Assembly (NCBI GenBank): GCA_016748015.1
Contig: JAAOMT010000197.1
Span: 406,388 to 470,387 of the forward strand
Origin: Geosiphon pyriformis uo1
Lineage: Eukaryota > Fungi > Glomeromycota
Length of the DNA: 64,000 nt
Direction of reading: 5' to 3'
Under the pieces are notes generated by a model. The model worked only from the letters and a program-made list of their open reading frames with translations, did not search any database and was not told the DNA's origin. Positions 50,220 to 60,647 of this stretch are shown here, one piece after another. Numbering within the stretch: the stretch's first letter is position 1; each line of letters begins with the position of its first letter. The translations under genes were made by a program, and so were the position numbers.

Positions 50220-51197
50220 TGTTATCTAAATAGAAAAACCAATTCAAAAATATTGAAAAAATATGAATAAAAACATAATAATGCAAAATAATACAGAATA
50301 ATATGTAATAACTTAGAATAATACAAAATAATACACAATAATATAAAATAACTAGCCATAATATAAAATAACTAATTATAGTATAAAAAAATAAAGCAAT
50401 AACAGAAATAGTAAGCAATATTTAATAATAACAAGTAATCAAAAGCAATTTTGTAAAATTAAAAATATGTATAAAAATAAATAGTTTTAACAAAGAAAAA
50501 AAACAGACAGACAAATAAAAAAAACCTCTCAATATTTTTTTACTTATATTTTTTAGATTTACTTTATCTATATATCTATATTATTACAAATAAAAAAAAT
50601 ATTTAAAACCAAAAAAATCACTTATATATAATTTATAAATTTTGTGTTTAAAACTAAATTAATTGTTTTCTTATCTTTATTTTCAGCCAGATACTTTTAA
50701 CATAAAAATGTTTTAAACAATAATAATTTGGATTAATTACTCTTAATTATAACAATTAACAATATTAATTTTTTTATTTTATTATATTTTATTTTTATTT
50801 TATTTATTTTATTTTTTTGTGGAATAGCAATATTATAAAATCAACTGTTTAAGAATAAACTTTGTAATAATCTAGTAAAAGAGAAAAGCTTTTTTTAGAA
50901 TTGAATATTAATATTATTTTGTTAGCTTATCAGAAAAGCAAAAAAACACTATTAGACCTTAGTAATTGTGTTTGACTAGCTCAAAAAAGATAGTTTATAT
51001 ACTTAAATTACAAACAGCCAAAACATTTCTCTGTGTCTTATAACTAAAGAACTCTATAAATAAAATTAGCAAAAATCTTTAAAAACTGATATTATTAATT
51101 CATTCCAAGTGTCTATAAAAAAACTCATCAAGCTCTTTTTATCTAAATTTAAAACACCAAACATTATCACAATACTCTAATAAGTTTACTTATAATA
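50220..51197 (+). repeat. 3' LTR of Gypsy-2
   Basis: Preceded by the PPT; direct repeat of 32544-33562. Confidence 0.85.
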
Positions 51198-52443
51198 GTA
51201 ACCACCAAAAACAATTTTTTATTATTAATATCTAAAAAAAAAGCTTTTAAGACATTCTGTTTAACAACTTTTACAACAAAAAGAATCTTTCTGGTTGAAA
51301 TTTTATTAAGTATTTTAGAAAAAATAACAGATATAGCTTTTTTATTCTTTGTTCTAATTATGATCATAAAATTAAAAAGATAAAAAGTTTTTTTTAATTT
51401 AAAAAATAATTAATAAAAAACAATTAAATAAAATTTTATAAAAGTATTTTTAAATATTATAAATATAGAATAATTTTTGGTTATTTTAAAATGATTTTTT
51501 TCTTTTTAGTTAAAGTTTTATTTATTAATATATTAAAAATAATAAAAAAAAAATAATAATAATAATAATATTAAAAAGATTAAAAATTTTTATATTATGT
51601 AATTCAAAAAATTAAATTAAAATCATAATTAAACTTGTTTTATTTTTTAAGTTATTTATTTTAATTATTGTTAAAAATATGTAATTATTATTTTTAAGTT
51701 TTAAAAATTCTTAAGATTATAATTATTTAAAATTAAAATTCCAAAAAAAAATTACATTTTAATAAAAAATATTTGTAAATTAAGATTGTTTATTATGTTT
51801 AAAATTATTATAAACTCGTTTATAAATCTAATTTTTTATACTTAAATTACTGTTTAATTAATTGTGTTTTATTCTATAATACTTTATAAAAATCTTAAAT
51901 TATTTAATAATTTTATATGCTTAAAATAATATAACTTTAAACAAAAAAAGCTATTTTGTTTCTTAATTTTATGTAATTTTAAGATAAGTTTGGATGGTTT
52001 ATTATATGTAAAAAGTGCATATTATAAATATGCAATTTATAATAATAAAATATGATACATATTTTATATAAATTTTAGTTTATTCAAAATCATAACAAAT
52101 TTGATTTTGTAAAAGATTATTGGTTCGTCTTAGCAAAATAGACTTTTCAAGTTTGAGTTTCAAACTTTATTATATTTTAAATTCAATGTTATCTTTAAAT
52201 AATCAAATTTCAAAACTAAGAGATCGATATTGAAAGACTTGCAAAATGTACTACACATATAATTATATTAATACAAAGGAATTCTTGAAAATTTTCTTCA
52301 ATCCTGTGTTGCGGGTTAAATCAAGAATAATTAATAACATGAAGTAATAAACTGAAGAAAGATGATTGATTGTAATGAATGGCAGTCTCTTTTCACTTTC
52401 TCCCTTCCTATTCGTTCCTTTATAACAACTGGGTTGTCCGCGT

Positions 52444-53474
52444 TCATTTACCATCCTTTCTACGACTAAAGGAAGGCCAAAAATGACGGGATTTATGTGT
52501 TTCTTTAGGAGTTTCTTCTAATTTGCATATCAACAAGTTCGTGTGTGGTAGGAAAATTAAGGAAAAGAAATGTAAATTCATTTATCAACAATATAATTTA
52601 TATAATAGTAGCATCTAATAATAAGTCTATCTATAATAATAACGGGTACCTAATGGGTCATCAACTATATCTTGGTATGAGTATTGAGAAGCACGAGAAT
52701 TCTGTTGTTGCCATTGCTGATTTGGAAAATTCTGATATGGGTGGGAATCATGATGCATTGTCTGGCGAATTCGTTCTTGTTCAGCAGCTTGTCTTTGTCG
52801 CTGTAATCTCTCTTCTTGCGCTAATCTCTGTTGCTGTGAATACATTTGGGACTGTTGTTGATAGGTTTGTTCCGGATACGTTCTTTGTTGTGGTTGTTGT
52901 TGTTGTTGCTGTTGTTGCTGATATTGTTGTTGTTGTTGTTGCTGTTGCTGATGAGGTGGATAATGAAGGCTACCTTCTTGAATTTGTATCCTTGTACCTG
53001 TTCGTGGGGTATTTTCTAACATCTGTGGTGACCCATTAACGGTGACTTGTCTCGTACCATCCGCTGACTCAGTAATGGTCGTGACATTTCCCTAAATATG
53101 ATTAAGATCATGTCAATTATTCTGTATTAAATGCAATCTTCAATTCGGGAAACAATGAAATTTTTCAACTTACCTGAGCATCTCTTTGGGTAGTAGTAGT
53201 GGTTTTCACGCCATTAACAATTCTTGTTGTTGTTGATTGTGAAACAATTCCTCCTTGACCACCACCACTCCCACCGAATGAACTTGATGAAAACGAGAAT
53301 GAGGATGAAGATCCTCCTCCAGGTCCAAAACTCGAAAAAAATGGATCATTATCGAAACCAAATCCTCGTCTTTCTCCCATCGATCTTGTTTGGGATCCCG
53401 CGAAAGAGCCAGGAAAGAAAAAAGGATCGTCAAACCTCCCTCCACCTAAAAGTTATTTTTTTCCATTTAATATT

Positions 53475-53527
<53 letters not shown>

Positions 53528-54074
53528 GAAACAAAAGTCTTTAAAGAAAAATCGGCAAATACCAAAGAAGCTTGCAAAGGGATTACTGGCGCCAAAAAAT
53601 TGTTGAAATATTTCTTCGGGAGAATGGAACGGTCTAAAACTTGAATTCTCAAAGCCTCCACCGTTTTTCAATCCATCTTCCCCATATTCATCATATATTT
53701 GGCGTTTTTCAGCTAATTAAAGATTAAAAATCAGATCTATTAAAAAATAGAATTTCAAATAGAATTTTATATATTAAAATACTATTATTAGCTTACTGTC
53801 ACTTAAAATCTCGTATGCTTCGGCGATCAATTTGAATCTCGCTTCCGCCTCCTCACGGCGGTCAACGTTCTTGTCTGGATGCCAAGCAAGTGCTTTTGAA
53901 AAAGAGAAGAAGGGTTAAAAAAGTTGACAAACTCGATAGTTGAACCTTGTGTGGAAAAAGAAAACTGCACTCTTTTGTATAAGTACCTTGTTTACGATAA
54001 GCTTTGCGGATGTCTTCTTCAGTCGCATCAATAGTAATGCCTAAAACCTCATAATAAGTACTTTTCGCTTCCAT
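52444..54074 (-). CDS. Class B J-domain protein (Hsp40), DNAJB6/DNAJB8-like, with Gln-rich C-terminal extension
   Basis: GT-AG exons 54074-53987, 53892-53797, 53712-~53563, ~53446-53174, 53091-~52650, and a probable last exon ~52517-52444 (otherwise stop at 52627). J domain 'YYEVLG...[17 protein letters not shown]...[13 protein letters not shown]', G/F region, S/T-rich beta domain. Confidence 0.9.
53477..53528. repeat. (TAT)n microsatellite in a DnaJ intron
   Basis: About 17 perfect units. Confidence 0.95.
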
Positions 54075-54424
54075 TTTTTTTTTAAAAGAGATAATAATGA
54101 ACAATTATGATTCTTAAAGTTGGTGAGTTTTATCTATTTTATTGTTTCCCAGATTGGTTGGATTATACAATATAGTTTAATTCTTTTCTGTAATGTGATT
54201 CAAACTTATTGGGTATAGTTGAAGCTCAGAGAAAGATCTAGAGGATTCTCAAAGTTGCTCTTTTGATTACAAAACTTTTTGTTATTTCTGGTTAATAGTG
54301 ACGTAGTAGTAGTATATATGTCGCTGGATAAAAGATAACTAGTTTTAGTTAAAGAAATGAGAAGTCTATATAAGAACTGGAAGTTTTGTGAGTAGCTTTT
54401 ACTTTTCAATGTAAATTGGCTTTA

Positions 54425-54427
<3 letters not shown>

Positions 54428-54478
<51 letters not shown>
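54428..54478. repeat. Poly(T) tract upstream of the DnaJ gene
   Basis: About 50 consecutive T. Confidence 0.95.
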
Positions 54479-55605
54479 CCTTTAACCATTGTTTAGCACC
54501 AAAGATAGTATCAAGAAAATTGGAGTCAATTGAAAAGAACATTATAATTACACGGTAGATTTTTTGTTAAATTATAATCGTTTATAGCTCTTTGAACATA
54601 TCTCTTTCATTCCTAACTTTTCTCTTTGAATATCAAACTTTACACATCATTATTGATGTTCAATTAATTGAACGCCATACCTCGAAACATTTTTATTATT
54701 AGCACAACTACTTTTCTTCTAAGTTAAAATCCATATCTTTTTCTTCTAAATCTTCTCTATGATACAACAATAACCGAATAGACTTGAGTGAATTGAATCT
54801 TAAAATCTTTTTCCTTTGAGCAGCCAATTCTTAAATTCAAAACCTTTTTTTTCTTTATACTGATCTTTTGTAATAATAATAACATGGTCTTTGGGAACTT
54901 TATACATCTTGAATCGAGAAATTATCTAATGATGAAACCAATATTTTCATGAAGGTGATTTCAAATCCTTTTTCACACTTGATAATGACTTTTTTAATCA
55001 AAAAAAAAAATTGTTCTCTTTGAATATATCGATAAATTTCCAAACTAAAGAAAATAAACAAAAATAATGCTAATATATCTCGTAAAATTCTTCTCTAAAT
55101 AGATTATACATAACAGAACACATCTCAATAAAGATAGAAGCGTTGCCGAACCTTTCAAAATGAAAAGTTTCTTTAAATGGAAAAAAAAATCAATGATTAA
55201 TTTCATTCTCCTGATAAAAATTTTCCTCATCTTTCAATTTGAATAAGAAAAAACATTCACAAGTTTTCTTACTTCGTACCCAAAGTTTAAGAAATCATTG
55301 AGTCTCTTTAATATTCGCATTAAAATCGAAACATTGCGAGAAATTAATCATCATCTCGTTATCCTGTACGATATAGAATATATTATTTCTTTCCAATTTA
55401 GTCACGCGCCAAAAAATCTCCGAATTCAACCTAACATGGCATAGATCTACATTTCCTATCGCAAAAATCTTGAGTGACACCAGAATAAACATTAACATGT
55501 TTTCTCACAAAAAATCCCTAAAACATCTTTCATTTTATATATATTTTAATATTTGTGATATTTTTTTTTGCTTCGTTGGTAGGTACCTTCAGTTTTTTTA
55601 TCAAT

Positions 55606-55606
<1 letters not shown>

Positions 55607-55641
<35 letters not shown>

Positions 55642-55650
55642 GTAGATAGG
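55607..55650. repeat. (AGAT)n microsatellite
   Basis: Tandem tetranucleotide units. Confidence 0.9.
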
Positions 55651-56421
55651 TAAGCAGATAAAGAGAACTAGATTAGGTTAAGGTTGAGAAAAGCTAACTA
55701 GCTACTAAAAATGGAATATACATATATATACATTCCTCTTCAATCTCTTAAAACAATTCCTTTCTTTTTTGTGGCAAAGGTTGGGAAAATGCTCTTTCAT
55801 AACTCTGAAAAAAAAAACAAATAACCAACAACAAAAAAGTAAATAGATGAGAGAGGGTGTCTGTATGTGCAGAATATAAAAAAAAAAGGCCGGTTGTATG
55901 AGATATACCCAAGTGTAAAAAAAAAAGGAGGGAGATACGTGGGAGGATAATAAACTATATATATATATTTATATATGTATATATATACTTTTGGTAATTT
56001 CGCTAAATATGTATTTTTTGTATTGTCGTATGTACGGGGAAGGGAGTAATAAAAAAAATTTTTTGTTGTTTGTCCCTAAGGAAAAAATAACGATGTGTAG
56101 TTGAAAAAATTGTTCATTTTTTTCCTCTACCCTTTTTAGGAAAATAGTTAATTGTCCCTCCAAGAAAATAAAAATAAAAACAGAAATCTTTGAAAAGTAC
56201 CTCAACATGAGGTCTTCCAAATAAAGAATAATAATTGTAGATGACGAAATGCAAACCCGACTGTTCATTTTTCCTTTTTCAAATAATGGTATGTTGGTTG
56301 ATCTACTTACTAGCTTTTTTTCTACGCACACAGACAGACATACACTCGGCAAACTTTTTGTGTTCCAATCAATTCAAAACATTAGAAGCATCCACCCACC
56401 TGTCAATCCATCATCGACATA

Positions 56422-58701
56422 CTACTTATAATACATTTTGCTTTTTAACTCTAACCAAGGTAAGGCTGCCTCCAACGCTTCTTCCTCAAACATCTCCTCA
56501 CAAATTTCTTGACAAGTTCGATAAAATTCGGTTACGTTGCCTCTATTTGAGGTCAACAATTCTTTATATCTCGGCTCATGAAGTTTCTTTAGAATGTAAG
56601 CGAATCGCATGTCTCGTAGGGTCCCAAAAGCTACAGGAATTTTGTGTGCTTGTTTTAATTCCGCGACAAAATCTTCAAACTTTAGCACAGGTTGCGCTGG
56701 TGGATGACGGGCCAAATTAAGGTGTTTGCGTCGGTCATTTTCTTGAGCCACAACGTTCAAGACACAATCTACTCTAGAGTGAACTTCTTCAATGGTGGAC
56801 ATACTAAGTTTGGGTGCTTTTACACGTTGCTTGACATTATTATTGTTGCCAACATTAGAATTATTGATGTGGTGAGGTTGGGAATGATTTTGATTTATCA
56901 AGAGTTGTTTATGATGATTATTATCATGATTAGGTTGTTGTTGTTGTTGTTGATGATGATGATGATGATGATGATGATCATGCTCTTGTGAACAACTAGA
57001 TATTGTCGAGGCAGCACTATCGTCTTTATCACCCAAATCCAATTTTGCTCTTTTAACTCTTGGAACTTGTGATAGATGATGCATAAGGTGGTGATCGATG
57101 CGTAGATTAGGAGGAGGGGGGGAATAGGAAGCGGTGGAAGCGGTAGAATATGATTTCGGTGTATGTACCATTGACGAAACATTGAGCCTTTGATGTTCCT
57201 GAATACCATGCCAGAGCAATAAACAATTGCCTATGCTAAGATCTGACCCATTTTTACTTCGTAAATCTCGTAAAAACTTTTCATTATCGATTAAAAGTAA
57301 TATTTCCGGGTCGTCTATATCATTGTCAAGAAGTACTGGCAAAATCGTGGTCAAACGCGTTGGTGACATGGCGGGAAATTCCATCAGTAATTTTTTCAAA
57401 GATTCTAGCGGTGTTAAAATATGATCATAATCCTATTATCAGATAATAATATAAATATTTATTAGTGACAAGAGTAAAAAAAAAATAGAATTTAGTCAAA
57501 ATAAATATTCGATTTAATTGTGCAAAAAAAAAAAAAATTTCCCAATACATGAAATTTTTTTTTTTTTACAAAAAACAAGGGAAAAGTTCCTTAAACATGC
57601 CTCACATCTGCTACTCGCAGAATCAATCAGCATACTGTCACCATATTCTTCCTCAGATCTGGAATCATCATGATTGTGCAACGAAGTAGGAGAATCTATG
57701 GGGGTTCTATAAGAATAATGTGGCGGGGTGTGCTGTTGTTGCATAATCGGTTGTTGTGTTTGTAATTGATGAGGTTGTTGCTTTCGCTTTTTCTTATTGC
57801 CACCGTTCTTCTTTGAACCTACACTACCATTATTAACACTCTGATTGCTGTTATTGTTAGATAAATGATGGTGGTGATGGTGGTGGGGATTATTTTGTTG
57901 ATGAGATGATTGATATGATGATGAATAATGATGATGATGGTGAAAGGTAGTTGTGTTCACAGAAGGTTGTTGTTGATGAATCATGGCCGTATTTTCTAAC
58001 GGTTTTGGATCAATGTCCATAGCAGAATCCGACCTAACAGCAATTTGTGGAGAGGACAAGGGTGTATTCACTGAAGGTTGTCCTGCTGCAGATGCATTAG
58101 GACAAAATCGTTCAAATATAAAAGTTATAGGCTGTTGTTGAAATTGTGGTGGTTGTGAAAATGATTGTTGTTGTTGTTGTTGTTGAGAAGATGGGTGTGC
58201 CGGTGAAGAAATGTTTGAAGGTGGAGGTGAGGGTGAAGAATTTTGGTTAGCAGGTAGATTTCCAATGTTTTGGTGAGCATGGTGACTATTTGAAGAGTGA
58301 TGGTGAGAGTGGTGATGATGGTGGGGACTTTGATGAGCGTGTGAATGAATTGGCTCACCAAGAATACCACTATTAATACTCGCAACATTACTAGTGTTCG
58401 GACCTAAACCAAGAACTGAAGGTCCAAGTGGTGGTAAATTAACGGGGTTACCTAAAATGGGAGTTGTATTATTCGTTGCGGGGTGCACAAGTTCAGAACT
58501 AACGTGTAATGATGTTGTCGTGGTTGTCGTCTGTTGCTGGTGTTGAGCAAGAGAGGAGGAGGAGGAGGAGGAGGAGGAGGAGGAAGAGGAAGAAGACGAT
58601 GACGACGTAGTGGTAATATGTGCTGGAGAGGTACGTTGAGATTTGTGATGGACCGAATCTTCAACTACCAAAGTGACATTGCTGTTGTTGTTGCTCTCCA
58701 T
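56422..58701 (-). CDS. His/Gln/Ser-rich protein with a SAM-like domain and an unassigned C-terminal helical domain (~700 aa, 2 exons)
   Basis: Two long ORFs join in frame through an intron at 57600-57433. 'LLDNDIDDPEILLLIDNEKFLRDL...LSIGNCLLLWHGIQ' resembles a SAM domain. Basic NLS-like 'NKKKRK' and 'RVKRAK'. Confidence 0.8.
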
Positions 58702-59174
58702 TTCACTACTGTGCTACTCGCAACCCGAGAGTGTCGCGAAAACACAAAGAGAAGCGAAGAAGCGAAAACAGAAGTGAACAAACAAACCGTCAAAAAAAAA
58801 GGAAGAACGGCGAAAGAGAAGCAAAACTACGCAAGAACTTCAACTACGCCGATGATACCGTTTTTATACTCTACGCCAAAATGAAAACCTGGGGAAGAAA
58901 GGAACAAGAAAACAAAAAAGAAAAAAAACCGAAAGGTTTTTTCAAACGACTGACTGAAGGATGAGCGCAGTTAATAGTTTTAACTACCAATACTAGAAGT
59001 AGTAATAGGAATATTAATAGTAATAAAATTTTGGGATATAATAATAGAAAAAAATCTCAAAAAGAGAAAAAATTTCTCAAAATTGTTTAAATTCAGCCTC
59101 TTTATTTGTGCGTGTGTATATGTATGGATTGTCTGAGAGTGAGGATGTGTGTGAGTGTGTGAGTTTACGAGGGT

Positions 59175-59176
<2 letters not shown>

Positions 59177-59209
<33 letters not shown>

Positions 59210-59220
59210 GTGTGTGTGTG
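59177..59220. repeat. (GT)n microsatellite upstream of the SAM-like gene
   Basis: Tandem dinucleotide units. Confidence 0.9.
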
Positions 59221-60508
59221 AATGAGTTTGTGTGTATACGAGTTTTTGAGAAGAAAAGTGGGTCGGTTGATTTTTTAAAAAAATTATGATGATAGATGGA
59301 AAGTAAATAGGGAAATTTAAAAAAGATATTATTTAGATTTTTTGATTCAGCTTTTTGGTCTGTAAATCAGTTATGCCTTGAGTAGCAAAAATGTCAGGTA
59401 ATATGACAAGATTTTCCAATCGCAACACAACCATAATCATACACATACACACATAGACCCACGACATAAAGTTTTTTTTATTTGCAAAGTTTTTTTTCCT
59501 GTTTGTGTGTGAGGTTTTTGCGGTGGGTGGTAACATATCATATATTTTGATATCGCTTTCGGTGACCTTTGTCGTAGTAACTTTTTGTCGCGAACATTTT
59601 AAAAAAAAAGATAAATTACTGGCAGTTGATGAATGATGACGGTTTGTGTAGTCTCAATGATAATAATTTAAAAACATGAAATACAGAAATGGTCAAATCG
59701 GTAGGTAGATTAGAAATTTTATATATGGTGGTGGATAAGTTAAAGTAAGGCTTGACTCGGTCTGCCTTGAGAAAGATACAGTTTTGGCAGCTGTTTTTAT
59801 ATAGGAAATTTTAGATGCCTGACAATGAAATTAGGAAATAGTCCAGGAATATCATAGCATCAAACAGCATCACAAGATTTCACTATAACCTCCACCAATT
59901 TCTAGGACCCCACATATATATTTTCTTCATCGTTGTCGTTTTGTCTCTTTACGTCATCATCATCTTGCTCAAAAGCAGCAGCCATCACCACCCCTCTCCT
60001 CATTCTCATCCTCATCATTTCTTCATCAACTTACAGCATTTCACACGCAATCAAAGCAAAATATGGTAAACACTATCTAAACATGGGAAGAGTGAGTAAC
60101 GACGCCCAAGGTGATAATGAATGACTATAATGGCGACTGCAATAGATCTCAGAGTTTAAGGTGTACCTTAACAATTGAATGTCACAAACCTGCGCACAGG
60201 ACGCAGCAGATTTTCGTTCAAATCGGTAGCCTGCTTTCAAATTTGGTATTATTTTGTTTTAAATCGATTCTTGAAATACCGTCTAGATCTTGGTATCCCA
60301 AAAAGAATTTTATAGTGCGATTTTTTAAAGATATAATAAGCTATTTTCTATATTAATTTTGATTTTGGGGTTTAATGCCAATATTAGATACTGTATATAC
60401 AAAACTACTTTTAATTTTGGTGCAGAATGAGGAGTTGATATTTTAAAATGGTTTTTTTTTTGGACAAAAATAATCTAAATTGATACAGGTAATGAATTTT
60501 ATGAGGGA

Positions 60509-60540
<32 letters not shown>

Positions 60541-60647
60541 CTCATCTCCGGTCTTCCCTCCACTCTGAAGAAAGTGAAACTCTCATTTTGAACTTCAAGG
60601 TTTATGGTCCTCTATCATGAATTCATTCACAAAGCATAGAACGATAG

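Larger units (their letters stand above)
32544..51197 (+). mobile_element. Decayed full-length Ty3/Gypsy element (Gypsy-2), same architecture as Gypsy-1
   Basis: LTRs 32544-33562 and 50220-51197, PBS, PPT; relics of gag (~33600-35250), PR (split at 35809/43490), Cys-rich region (~44070-44690), dUTPase (~44880-45270), RT-RH (~45750-47052), IN (47063-~48330), ORF3. Decayed TSD atgg/gtaa. Confidence 0.88.
31747..51395 (-). mobile_element. ORF1-only LINE derivative, copy 2 (5' half only: 51198-51395 and 31747-32543), split by Gypsy-2
   Basis: 'MIIIRTKNKKAISVIFSKILNKISTRK...QNVLKAF' matches 'MNTIRAKSKKAAPDICPEISNKISTKR...QNVLEAF' of copy 1. The sequence continues without a break on the other side of Gypsy-2. 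Confidence 0.85.

Noticed and set aside
52545-53039. Plus-strand Val-rich 164-aa ORF (and other plus-strand ORFs over 56241-57424)
   Set aside because: Antisense to polyQ/polyH coding exons.
54700-55500. Short coding-like minus-strand stretches between DnaJ and the SAM-like gene
   Set aside because: No consistent exon chain or recognisable domain; a small gene or relic cannot be excluded.
59933-60356. Two short plus-strand ORFs
   Set aside because: No motifs, non-ATG starts; likely intergenic or UTR sequence.
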